Source of the DNA: Macrostomum hystrix
Lineage: Eukaryota; Animalia; Platyhelminthes
Assembly (NCBI GenBank): GCA_950097015.1
Contig: CATNEN010000024.1
Location: 5,890,001 to 5,954,000, forward strand
Direction of reading: 5' to 3'
Length of the DNA: 64,000 nucleotides
The stretch's first letter is position 1; every line of letters starts with the position of its first letter. The position numbers were made by a program, and so were the translations under genes. This document shows positions 23,701-37,800 of this stretch, one piece after another. A model generated the notes under the pieces. The model did no database searches, had not been told where the DNA came from, and saw only the letters and a program-made list of their open reading frames with translations.

Positions 23701-26600
23701 CGTCGTCTAGTTCGTCGATTAGAGAAGCGCAACTGGGACTGGTCGTCCTCCTCCTCCGTCACCATCGGCGCGGGGGCCTGGCGACTAGGTCGCCTTGTTG
23801 ACGCCCTCTTGCTACCGGCCTTGGCAATGTCGGCCAGCTCCGTCGGTCTAGGCCGCAATCTGCACCTATCTAGCGAGCGCACATTCTGCGCCATTGTTCG
23901 CCAGCCGGCTGCGGCTTCAACAACAACAAGGACAACGACAGCATCGTCTGTTGTTGTTTTCAAAGCAACTCAATCCTCCGACTGGGGCGTTGGTGCTTTC
24001 ACCAGGTACACGTTTGTAACTCCGCTGGATGTGCCCGACGCTAAGTCGGTGCATTCGGTTCGCATCAAGAAAAAGGAAACGAACGAGTCCAGAGAGTGTG
24101 GCACAACCGTCATTAAGATTTCCTCGGCTGCACTGGCTGATCGCCTGTTCGACTCGCTGCATCTTGAGCCGCCGCCGCAGGCCAAGTTTTCGGCGCCGCC
24201 TCCTCCGACTTATCTTGAAGAAGATTATGGCACAAATCTTAGTAGTCAGACTTGCGAAGAATTCCAAGAGTCTTCGGAATACTACGAAGAATATTACGAT
24301 GAATATTACGACGACTCCGATTTGGCCTTTGAGTCCTGGGTAATTCGATTCAGCCTTGGAGCCTTGATATTTGCGGCTAGTTTAACTAACAAACTTGTGT
24401 TTTGTGGCTTCTTTTTTAACATTCAACAAACTCATAAGACATTGCGGCATTAAGTGTGGCAAAAACTACTAAAAGTGTAACGGCGCAGGCTGTGCCTGCG
24501 TTTCGGTAGTTTTATAATCATTATTACGAGTACTTTAGTCTGCATTCAATCTGGACATGTGGACATGACTGGCTGCTAGTCTTAGTTAGAAATGCGGTGG
24601 GGTTGCTAGCTAATTTCTTACTAATGTTATTAGTACATTGAAAAATGAGGCCATTCAGCTCCTTAGGGCAGGGGTCGGCAACCTTATATACTTCGCGGGG
24701 CAAAGAAAGAATGCAAAGCGGGGGCCGCATTGACTAGAGAGATGAGACATGCGTTGGATTAGATTAGCTGTTGAACGGGGCCATAGCCGGATTTTTGGAA
24801 ACTTGATAACCGCATCTGGTCCGCTTATCTGTCTGTCTTCGAGTCTCTCTTTCCGTATTTGTCTGTTTATATGTCCACCATGCGATAAGGACCTATCTAC
24901 AGTTAGCGAAACCAGCTAAAGTAATACCAGTGCTGTCGTTCTACAACTACCTGGTACAATTACGAGCCTTCATCTACTAGTATAAGATCAGACGGTATCT
25001 TTATTAGATTGCTAAATTTGCAACATGTTGTTTTTCTGTTTGGTAGTTTAAAAAACTCAACGAAAAATAGGGAGACAAAGTAAAGATCTATTCAGAGCCT
25101 CACAGCTGGTTGGGTTTGCTACTCACTGTCGTCTCATATCCAACCAACTCCTAAACCTGGCACACTTTCGTTCCGCTCTGCTGAAACTTACTAGCCGTTT
25201 CAATTCAAATGATAATTCCACTTCTTTTGAATGCGCCTTATTGTGCTTGCGCGCTAGACGCATAAACAGAGAATTGGTCTAGATAATGCCACGTGCAGCG
25301 GCTGTCTGCTAAGCACTACCCAATAGCGTGATTCTGCAACACAAGCTAATAGCGAACTTTTATTAAAACTGCCCTCCTCCAGACCTTGTTGTCTCGCTAT
25401 ATGTCAAAAGCAATAGAAGGCTTTTTAGAATGCCCTAGCCTCAGTGCCTGAAGGCGTTTGTGTGTAATTGTCCGAATTCTATTGCGCTCTTCTAAGAAAT
25501 CTTACAAAAATGTTCTTTTTCGGTATCGGTATCGGTTCGGGATTGGGATCTGGATGTCAGATTTTCTCCTAGCTGTAACACACTAAACATTGGCGACTTT
25601 CTTTAACTAAAGATTTATATTCCTAACACACTTGTGTGCATTCTTCACCTACATTGTGTTAGTCTTAATATTTACACTAAATGTTTACATTGCAACAATG
25701 ATCGATATTCGCCTTCTAATCTGTAAGTGTGTTTAATGTATTTCTATAAATGTTCATTCTGGCTGGTTCAGAAGGTGTGTAATAGTTATAACAATTTAAT
25801 GTATGTCTACTCTTTTTTTACTTTTCTGTCACTATCAGTTGGGGCAGTAGAATCAGGCGGGGTAGTTTCTGAGGGGCAGTAGAATCATGCGGGGTAGTAG
25901 AATCAGGCGGGGTAGTTTCTGAGGGGCAGTAGAATCATGCGTTCAGTTTCTGAGGGGCAGTAGAACCATGCGGGGCAGTATCTGAGGGGCAGTAGAATCA
26001 GGCGGGGCAGTATCTGAGGGGCAGTAGAATCAGGCGGGGTAGTTTCTGAGGGGCAGTAGAATCAGGCGGGGTAGTTTCTGAGGGGCAGTAGAATCAGGCG
26101 GGGTAGTTTCTGAGAGGCAGTAGAATCAGGCGGGGTAGTTTCTGAGGGGCAGTAGAATCAGGCGGGGTAGTTTCTGAGGGGCAGTAGAATCAGGCGGGGT
26201 AGTTTCTGAGAGGCAGTAGAATCATGCGGGGCAGTTTCTGAGGGGCAGTAGAACCATGCGGGGCAGTATCTAAAGCGGCAGTAGAATCAGGCGGGGCAGT
26301 ATCTGAGGGGCAGTAGAATCAGGCGGGGTAGTTTCTGAGGGGCAGTAGAATCAGGCGGGGCTGTAGAATTCATCGCTCAAATTGGCGGCAATTTTCAATT
26401 TTTAGGCCTCGAGTCACGGTGGGCGGATCGCCCTGTCGCAGCCGGGCGGCGGTAGCAGTGGCGGCGGCAGCGGCTCTGCGGAAGGGGCCCCTAGCGGCAG
26501 TGACCGTCGCCTGGCCTGGGAGCGCGGCGAAATCGACTACCTGGGCAGCGACAGATTTGAGAATGTGCTGTCCCACCTGAAGGACAACATTAAGGACTGA
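20779..26600 (+). CDS. GYG1: Glycogenin (GT8 family), 4 exons, 326 aa
   Basis: Exons 20779-20918, 21012-21308, 21908-22256, 26406-26600 are phase-consistent and total 981 nt. Motifs: [23 protein letters not shown], DxD in [35 protein letters not shown], acceptor Tyr in [17 protein letters not shown], and the C-terminal glycogen-synthase-binding motif [21 protein letters not shown]. Confidence 0.96.
23593..24453 (+). other. GC-rich ORF inside the last glycogenin intron; nested gene or alternative exon (candidate 23905-24339)
   Basis: A 286-codon ORF stands out from the AT-rich intron. It has an in-frame phase-0 AG at 23903-23904 and a phase-0 GTAATT donor at 24340. No recognisable domain. Confidence 0.4.
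24669..24730 (+). mobile_element. Possible solitary hAT (Charlie-type) transposon terminus
   Basis: CAGGGGTCGGCAACCT resembles Charlie-type TIRs and is preceded by the 8-mer CCTTAGGG with a central TA. No partner TIR was seen. Confidence 0.3.
25845..26362. repeat. 32-bp intronic minisatellite (GAGGGGCAGTAGAATCAGGCGGGGTAGTTTCT)
   Basis: About 16 copies end about 45 nt before the last glycogenin exon. Confidence 0.95.
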
Positions 26601-27962
26601 GGGATCTTGAATCGGGACCAAAGAAGGTTTTAGCCGAGAGCAGAATCCATGCTGTCTCTAGCGCTATCCAAAATTTCATGCGAATTGAAGAAAACTTTTT
26701 CTTATTTATTAAGCCCAATTTATTCAAATAGCGAGAGTTTCAAATCTTATTGATTCTACTGATAGTAGCCTTGAAGGTGTATTGAACTAGATCTAGATGC
26801 TCGATCGACACACCATTGAGTGTTATCTGCTAGTAGCTGGCGAGAATTGAGTCTTCTGTTACTGCAGATTAGTTATACCACCCGAGTGCTCACTCGAAGA
26901 CCAGTCGGCAGTAAAGAGTCGTCAAATTTCAATGTTATTCTGGTGGCAGTTTAGCTAATTCAAATCAGTTTGTTCGGGTATTAATTTATTTTGTTGATAC
27001 CCGAGTCAGCCAAAATTTGTTTTTGTTGATTGTATTTTTTTTGTTAAACTCCTCCTTCAGCTAATTATAAAATGAGTTATTTGAACAAAGCATCACTAAA
27101 CACATTTTTGGTCCAAAGAAGAATCACAAAAAGAATAATTTTTCTGATCCCAATAATGCCTTATTTTTTAGGATTTTGCTAGAATGACTACGAGCGTACA
27201 GTTCTATATTTAAATACACATCATAATCATAATTAGCCCACGCGCCATTTTCCCAACATAAAATTTCTGTGACATAATATATTGTGTCCTTTTCTTTTGC
27301 ATCAGTCTTCCCGGTCTGCGCTGCACACAGGCCCCCTTATCAACCCCTAGCTCGCATTCTAACATACTCAACTATCTATTGTTGCGCTAGCTATAGCCCT
27401 CATACAGCATGTATTCAGTAATAACAAATGCGTATGATTTAGATTAATTAAATTATATTTAGATATGCACATGTTATATTGTAGCTCCTATTGGCTTTTC
27501 TTTACTTTATCAGCTAGACTTAGTACCATTAATCGTTAATAACAATGCTAAGGCAGTTCATATTTCTGAGAAGTCCCATACATATTTTTGCATGCTACCT
27601 GGCTTGCCTTGAGTATTGATCAATTCGACTTGAATTTATAATCTTTATTCAAAAATGCTCGCTTGTTTTTTGCCTAATTTTTTCTTCACAGGGCGAGCGT
27701 GATGTTTTGTTGTTTCTAAAATCAGCTTGTTGATTTTGTTTTAGAAAGATTATATTGAGTGCTAGAAATAACTGATCGCAAACGCTGGTAAGATCTATTA
27801 ATTATTGATTTGGTAAGGATCAACTAGCTGTTTTGTTTTTTGGAACTTAATCGCGGCTGCCTGTAGCCAATTGTTGTTTTTGGGCAAGTAAATTACATCA
27901 AAATTAACTTAAATATTATGCTTTTGACGTTTCTGTTGCTGTTTGTTTCCATTATTTGAAAT

Positions 27963-28120
27963 CGAGTGCTGGAGTTGTACAGGGTATGGAATGCGAGTGC
28001 TGGAGTTGTACGGGTATGGAAAGCGAGTGCTGGAGTTGTACATGGTATGGAAAGCGAGTGCTGGAGTTGTACATGGTATGGAAAGCGAGTGCTGGAGTTG
28101 TACATGGTATGGAAAGCGGG
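27963..28120. repeat. 31-bp short tandem repeat (GAGTGCTGGAGTTGTACATGGTATGGAAAGC)
   Basis: About 5 copies. Confidence 0.9.
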
Positions 28121-28440
28121 TATTGGAGTTTTGCGGGGTGTGGGAAAGTGGGCGCAGGAGCTGTACGGGGTATGGGATGGCGAGTTCTGAATTTGCATCT
28201 TTGAGAGTAAACCCGAGACAGAGAATATGTTAGCAAAAAAAGAAACGGAAAGCGTTGGTTCCCAAAGGCCAGGAACCACTGTCACAATTTTACGCAAAAA
28301 ACACTGACGATAATTATACATGTAGACATACATTTTACACATGGAAAACATAAAAACTATATTTTCAGGTGGGCTGTGGGCACTACACATGGAGTTGCCA
28401 GTGCAACTTATGGGCGATTCGGCACATTCCGCTGACCTGT

Positions 28441-28603
28441 GAGCACACACTCATACATGTGTGTACATCTGCCCTAACTTTCTCATCGTCAGGCAGTGTA
28501 CAGTCTAGCTGTGCCTTGGAGATTGGCCCTCTAAATCTCGCCGCGATATCGAGCTCAGGTACCTTGGTGCGAGAGGCATTGCATTAGACTGTTCTGCCAC
28601 CCA
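28441..28603 (-). mobile_element. tRNA-derived SINE-like element, copy A (shorter internally)
   Basis: Shares blocks with 45415-45635 (GTGTGTACATCTGCCCT-ACTTTCTCAT-GTCAGGCAGTGTACA and TCGAGCTCAGG-ACCTTGGTGCGAGAGGCA). The minus strand starts with a degenerate tRNA-like head. Confidence 0.65.
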
Positions 28604-28895
28604 CCCCACATGTAAAACGGATCTTTAAAAATCTTATAAACTACAAAAAATCATAGTTTTATTTAAATACAAGCTTCGCAAAGACAATATAATTAGTTTA
28701 GTGAATGCATTTTAGCGATGGTAAACAAACTACACCATTTTCTGCCTCCTGAATACAGAATTTGACAGTCAACGTGACTTTCAGTCGCAGAGAGAAATCT
28801 TTCCTTTCCTTTCAATTAAGGAAAGGAACATTGCTATTATACTGTTCAGTTATACGAGCTAAGGAATACGAGCCTAGATAACAGTTGATTTCAGT

Positions 28896-31800
28896 TTAAA
28901 CCGCGGCCGGCACAAAGTCGCAGCCTGTGCAGCCGCTCACGGGCCGACTATCAACCGTTGCCAATAGCAACGGCTGTCTCTGCCTCTCGTTGTTGCCATA
29001 GTAACTGTTGCGAGCTTGCCGCCGGGCGCGGTTTGTCGAAGTAGCGACCGCCGTGCAACCTGGACGATGCTGAAGACCCCGGTGCTGGTAGTGGGGCAGC
29101 GGCAGCAGGTAGTGCCGAGAAATCTGGACTGGGAAGGCCACCGTGGCCGCGGACAGGAAGCCGCTGGCGCAGGCCAGGACGAAGGCCCAGCCGAGCTGGC
29201 AGCGGCCTGCGGGACCGGGATGCGACTACTTCACAGGTTATAAACACACTCACCTACACTCCACAGGTTATAAACACACTCACCCACACTCCACAGGTTA
29301 TAAACACACTCACCTACAATCCACAGGTTATAAACACACTCACCTACAATCCACAGGTTATAAACACACTCACCCACACTCCACAGGTTATAAACACACT
29401 CACCCACACTCCACAGGTTATAAACACACTCACCTGCAATCCACAGGTTATAAACACACTCACCCACACTCCACAGGTTATAAACACACTCACCTACAAT
29501 CCACAGGTTATAAACACACTCACCTACAATCCACAGGTTATAAACACACTCACCCACACTCCACAGGTTATAAACACACTCACCCACACTCCACAGGTTA
29601 TAAACACACTCACCTGCAATCCACAGGTTATAAACACACTCACCCACACTCCACAGGTTATAAACACACTCACCTACAATCCACAGGTTATAAACACACT
29701 CACCCACACTCCACAGGTTATAAACACACTCACCCACACTCCACAGGTTATAAACACACTCACCCACACTCCACAGGTTATAAACACACTCACCCACACT
29801 CCACAGGTTAAAAACACACTCACCTGCACTCCACAGGTTATAAACACACTCACCCACACTCCACAGGTTATAAACACACTCACCTACAATCCACAGGTTA
29901 TAAACACACTCACCTACAATCCACAGGTTATAAACACACTCACCTACAATCCACAGGTTATAAACACACTCACCTACAATCCACAGGTTATAAACACACT
30001 CACCCACACTCCACAGGTTATAAACACACCCACCTACAATCCACAGGTTATAAACACACTCACCCACAATCCACGGTTATAAACACACTCACCCACACTC
30101 CACAGGTTATAAACACACTCACCCACACTCCACAGGTTATAAACACACTCACCCACACTCCACAGGTTATAAACACACTCACCCACACTCCACAGGTTAT
30201 AAACACACTCACCCACACTCCACAGGTTATAAACACACTCACCCACACTCCACAGGTTATAAACACACTCACTACACTCCACAGTTATAAACACACTCAC
30301 CTACACTCCACAGTTATAAACACACTCACCTACACTCCACAGGTTATAAACACACTCACCTACAATCCACAGTTATAAACACACTCACCTACAATCCACA
30401 GGTTATAAACACACTCACCCACAATCCACAGGTTATCAACACACTCACCTACAATCCACAGGTTATAAACACACTCACCTACACTCCACAGGTTATAAGC
30501 ACACTCACCCACACTCCACAGGTTATAAACACACTCACCTACACTCCACAGTTATAAACACACTCACCTACACTCCACAGGTTATAAACACACTCACCCA
30601 CACTCCACAGGTTATAAACACACTCACCTACAATCCACAGGTTATAAACACACTCACCTACAATCCACAGGTTATAAACACTCACCTGCACTCCACAGGT
30701 TATAAACACACTCACCCACACTCCACAGTTATAAACACACTCACCTACACTCCACAGTTATAAACACACTCACCTACAATCCACAGTTATAAGCACACTC
30801 ACCTACAATCCACAGGTTATAAACACACTCACCCACACTCCACAGTTATAAACACACTCACTACACTCCACAGTTATAAACACACTCACCTACACTCCAC
30901 AGTTATAAACACACTCACCTACACTCCACAGGTTATAAACACACTCACCTACAATCCACAGTTATAAACACACTCACCTACAATCCACAGGTTATAAACA
31001 CACTCACCCACACTCCACAGGTTATAAACACACTCACCTACAATCCACAGGTTATAAACACACTCACCTACAATCCACAGGTTATAAACACACTCACCTA
31101 CAATCCACAGGTTATAAACACACTCACCCACACTCCACAGGTTATAAACACACCCACCTACAATCCACAGGTTATAAACACACTCACCTACAATCCACAG
31201 GTTATAAACACACTCACCTACACTCCACAGGTTATAAACACACTCACCTACACTCCACAGGTTATAAACACACTCACCCACACTCCACAGTTATAAACAC
31301 ACTCACCTACACTCCACAGTTATAAACACACTCACCCACACTCCACAGTTATAAACACACTCACCCACACTATACAGTTATAAACACACTCACGTACAAT
31401 CCACAATTATAAACACACTCACCTACAATCCACAGTTATAAGCACACTCACCTACAATCCACAGGTTATAAACACACTCACCTACAATCCACAGGTTATA
31501 AACACACTCACCTACAATCCACAGGTTATAAACACACTCACCTACAATCCACAGGTTATAAACACACTCACCTACACTCCACAGGTTATAAACACACTCA
31601 CCCACACTCCACAGGTTATAAACACACTCACCTACAATCCACAGGTTATAAACACACTCACCTACAATCCACAGGTTATAAAACACACTCACCTACACTC
31701 CACAGGTTATAAACACACTCACCTACAATCCACAGGTTATAAACACACTCACCTACAATCCACAGGTTATAAACACACTCACCTACAATCCACAGGTTAT

Positions 31801-34800
31801 AAACACACTCACCTACAATCCACAGGTTATAAACACACTCACCTACAATCCACAGGTTATAAACACACTCACCTACACTCCACAGGTTATAAACACACTC
31901 ACCTACACTCCACAGGTTATAAACACACTCACCTGCACTCCACAGGTTATAAACACACTCACCCACACTCCACAGGTTATAAACACACTCACCTACACTC
32001 CACAGGTTATAAACACACTCACCTACACTCCACAGGTTATAAACACACTCACCTACACTCCACAGGTTATAAACACACTCACCCACACTCCACAGTTATA
32101 AACACACTCACCTACACTCCACAGTTATAAACACACTCACCCACACTCCACAGTTATAAACACACTCACCCACACTATACAGTTATAAACACACTCACGT
32201 ACAATCCACAATTATAAACACACTCACCTACAATCCACAGGTTATAAGCACACTCACCTACAATCCACAGGTTATAAACACACTCACCTACAATCCACAG
32301 GTTATAAACACACTCACCTACACTCCACAGGTTATAACACACTCACCCACACTCCACAGGTTATAAACACACTCACCTACAATCCACAGGTTATAAACAC
32401 ACTCACCTACAATCCACAGGTTATAAACACACTCACCTACACTCCACAGGTTATAAACACACTCACCTACAATCCACAGGTTATAAACACACTCACCTAC
32501 AATCCACAGGTTATAAACACACTCACCCACACTCCACAGGTTATAAACACACTCACCCACACTCCACAGGTTATAAACACACTCACCTGCAATCCACAGG
32601 TTATAAACACACTCACCCACACTCCACAGGTTATAAACACACTCACCTACAATCCACAGGTTATAAACACACTCACCCACACTCCACAGGTTATAAACAC
32701 ACTCACCCACACTCCACAGGTTATAAACACACTCACCCACACTCCACAGGTTATAAACACACTCACCCACACTCCACAGGTTAAAAACACACTCACCTGC
32801 ACTCCACAGGTTATAAACACACTCACCCACACTCCACAGGTTATAAACACACTCACCTACAATCCACAGGTTATAAACACACTCACCTACAATCCACAGG
32901 TTATAAACACACTCACCTACAATCCACAGGTTATAAACACACTCACCTACAATCCACAGGTTATAAACACACTCACCCTACACTCCACAGGTTATAAACA
33001 CACCCACCTACAATCCACAGGTTATAAACACACTCACCCACAATCCACGGTTATAAACACACTCACCCACACTCCACAGGTTATAAACACACTCACCCAC
33101 ACTCCACAGGTTATAAACACACTCACCCACACTCCACAGGTTATAAACACACTCACCCACACTCCACAGGTTATAAACACACTCACCCACACTCCACAGG
33201 TTATAAACACACTCACCCACACTCCACAGGTTATAAACACACTCACTACACTCCACAGTTATAAACACACTCACCTACACTCCACAGTTATAAACACACT
33301 CACCTACACTCCACAGGTTATAAACACACTCACCTACAATCCACAGTTATAAACACACTCACCTACAATCCACAGGTTATAAACACACTCACCCACAATC
33401 CACAGGTTATCAACACACTCACCTACAATCCACAGGTTATAAACACACTCACCTACACTCCACAGGTTATAAGCACACTCACCCACACTCCACAGGTTAT
33501 AAACACACTCACCTACACTCCACAGTTATAAACACACTCACCTACACTCCACAGGTTATAAACACACTCACCCACACTCCACAGGTTATAAACACACTCA
33601 CCTACAATCCACAGGTTATAAACACACTCACCTACAATCCACAGGTTATAAACACTCACCTGCACTCCACAGGTTATAAACACACTCACCCACACTCCAC
33701 AGTTATAAACACACTCACCTACACTCCACAGTTATAAACACACTCACCTACAATCCACAGTTATAAGCACACTCACCTACAATCCACAGGTTATAAACAC
33801 ACTCACCCACACTCCACAGTTATAAACACACTCACTACACTCCACAGTTATAAACACACTCACCTACACTCCACAGTTATAAACACACTCACCTACACTC
33901 CACAGGTTATAAACACACTCACCTACAATCCACAGTTATAAACACACTCACCTACAATCCACAGGTTATAAACACACTCACCCACACTCCACAGGTTATA
34001 AACACACTCACCTACAATCCACAGGTTATAAACACACTCACCTACAATCCACAGGTTATAAACACACTCACCTACAATCCACAGGTTATAAACACACTCA
34101 CCCACACTCCACAGGTTATAAACACACCCACCTACAATCCACAGGTTATAAACACACTCACCTACAATCCACAGGTTATAAACACACTCACCTACACTCC
34201 ACAGGTTATAAACACACTCACCTACACTCCACAGGTTATAAACACACTCACCCACACTCCACAGTTATAAACACACTCACCTACACTCCACAGTTATAAA
34301 CACACTCACCCACACTCCACAGTTATAAACACACTCACCCACACTATACAGTTATAAACACACTCACGTACAATCCACAATTATAAACACACTCACCTAC
34401 AATCCACAGTTATAAGCACACTCACCTACAATCCACAGGTTATAAACACACTCACCTACAATCCACAGGTTATAAACACACTCACCCTACAATCCACAGG
34501 TTATAAACACACTCACCTACAATCCACAGGTTATAAACACACTCACCTACACTCCACAGGTTATAAACACACTCACCCACACTCCACAGGTTATAAACAC
34601 ACTCACCTACAATCCACAGGTTATAAACACACTCACCTACAATCCACAGGTTATAAACACACTCACCTACACTCCACAGGTTATAAACACACTCACCTAC
34701 AATCCACAGGTTATAACACACTCACCTACAATCCACAGGTTATAAACACACTCACCTACAATCCACAGGTTATAAACACACTCACCTACAATCCACAGGT

Positions 34801-37800
34801 TATAAACACACTCACCTACAATCCACAGGTTATAAACACACTCACCTACACTCCACAGGTTATAAACACACTCACCTACACTCCACAGGTTATAAACACA
34901 CTCACCTGCACTCCACAGGTTATAAACACACTCACCCACACTCCACAGGTTATAAACACACTCACCTACACTCCACAGGTTATAAACACACTCACCTACA
35001 CTCCACAGGTTATAAACACACTCACCTACACTCCACAGGTTATAAACACACTCACCCACACTCCACAGTTATAAACACACTCACCTACACTCCACAGTTA
35101 TAAACACACTCACCCACACTCCACAGTTATAAACACACTCACCCACACTATACAGTTATAAACACACTCACGTACAATCCACAATTATAAACACACTCAC
35201 CTACAATCCACAGGTTATAAGCACACTCACCTACAATCCACAGGTTATAAACACACTCACCTACAATCCACAGGTTATAAACACACTCACCTACACTCCA
35301 CAGGTTATAAACACACTCACCCACACTCCACAGGTTATAAACACACTCACCTACAATCCACAGGTTATAAACACACTCACCTACAATCCACAGGTTATAA
35401 ACACACTCACCTACACTCCACAGGTTATAAACACACTCACCTACAATCCACAGGTTATAAACACACTCACCTACAATCCACAGGTTATAAACACACTCAC
35501 CTACAATCCACAGGTTATAAACACACTCACCCACACTCCACAGGTTATAAACACACTCACCTACAATCCACAGGTTATAAACACACTCACCTACACTCCA
35601 CAGGTTATAAACACACTCACCTACACTCCACAGGTTATAAACACACTCACCTACACTCCACAGGTTATAAACACACTCACCCACACTCCACAGGTTATAA
35701 ACACACTCACCTACACTCCACAGGTTATAAACACACTCACCTACACTCCACAGGTTATAAACACACTCACCTACACTCCACAGGTTATAAACACACTCAC
35801 CCACACTCCACAGTTATAAACACACTCACCTACACTCCACAGGTTATAAACACACTCACCCACACTCCACAGGTTATAAACACACTCACCTACAATCCAC
35901 AGGTTATAAACACACTCACCTACAATCCACAGGTTATAAACACTCACCTGCACTCCACAGGTTATAAACACACTCACCCACACTCCACAGTTATAAACAC
36001 ACTCACCTACACTCCACAGTTATAAACACACTCACCTACAATCCACAGTTATAAGCACACTCACCTACAATCCACAGGTTATAAACACACTCACCCACAC
36101 TCCACAGTTATAAACACACTCACTACACTCCACAGTTATAAACACACTCACCTACACTCCACAGTTATAAACACACTCACCTACACTCCACAGGTTATAA
36201 ACACACTCACCTACAATCCACAGTTATAAACACACTCACCTACAATCCACAGGTTATAAACACACTCACCCACACTCCACAGGTTATAAACACACTCACC
36301 TACAATCCACAGGTTATAAACACACTCACCTACAATCCACAGGTTATAAACACACTCACCTACAATCCACAGGTTATAAACACACTCACCCACACTCCAC
36401 AGGTTATAAACACACCCACCTACAATCCACAGGTTATAAACACACTCACCTACAATCCACAGGTTATAAACACACTCACCTACACTCCACAGGTTATAAA
36501 CACACTCACCTACACTCCACAGGTTATAAACACACTCACCCACACTCCACAGTTATAAACACACTCACCTACACTCCACAGTTATAAACACACTCACCCA
36601 CACTCCACAGTTATAAACACACTCACCCACACTATACAGTTATAAACACACTCACGTACAATCCACAATTATAAACACACTCACCTACAATCCACAGTTA
36701 TAAGCACACTCACCTACAATCCACAGGTTATAAACACACTCACCTACAATCCACAGGTTATAAACACACTCACCTACAATCCACAGGTTATAAACACACT
36801 CACCTACAATCCACAGGTTATAAACACACTCACCTACACTCCACAGGTTATAAACACACTCACCCACACTCCACAGGTTATAAACACACTCACCTACAAT
36901 CCACAGGTTATAAACACACTCACCTACAATCCACAGGTTATAAACACACTCACCTACACTCCACAGGTTATAAACACACTCACCTACAATCCACAGGTTA
37001 TAAACACACTCACCTACAATCCACAGGTTATAAACACACTCACCTACAATCCACAGGTTATAAACACACTCACCTACACTCCACAGGTTATAAACACACT
37101 CACCTACACTCCACAGGTTATAAACACACTCACCCACACTCCACAGGTTATAAACACACTCACCTACACTCCACAGGTTATAAACACACTCACCTACACT
37201 CCACAGGTTATAAACACACTCACCCACACTCCACAGGTTATAAACACACTCACCTACACTCCACAGGTTATAAACACACTCACCTACACTCCACAGGTTA
37301 TAAACACACCCAAACCCATAAACACCCGATCCCTATCTCACACAGATTTCAGTTATTTTGTTATCGGTTTTAATCTCTCATTTCTCATATTCTGCAGGGA
37401 AATACGCTGAGCTGGTTGTCTGCCTGTCAAACTCAATCTGGCTGAGAATGCATTCAGCATATTTCCTTGTTGCATCTGGAACCTGTCGGTCATTTTCAAT
37501 TCTGATTTTGCCTATAGAGCTCAAAGCGTGGAGCTTCAGACTGCGCGCGGTGTTATGCAACACAGGCCCGCACAGAATTCAGTAGATAGATGCGGGCTCT
37601 CTTGTAATGCAATTATTCCATTATTTGGATGGATGAGACTACTTAAATAATGCGTTGCATTTAGACAGGACCCAGATGGCTCGTGGCTGCATCAAATTGT
37701 TGGATCAATTTTAACTGACTGAGACAAATTTCTATTCTGTGGATTGCAGCTGCAATTTCTGTGAGAATGTCAACCTAACGTATAGAATAATAATTCTCCC

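Noticed and set aside
29143-37227. Many Cys/Trp-rich (GECVYNLWSV) or HSTGYKHTH repeat ORFs
   Set aside because: They are translations of the 30-bp satellite, repeatedly frameshifted by 29-bp units.
37378-37800. Minus-strand coding-like remnant (LHNTARSLKLHALSSIGKIRIENDRQ...) in the LHFPL intron
   Set aside because: It is interrupted by stops, has no recognisable motif and fits no splice phase of the gene model. At most a decayed element.
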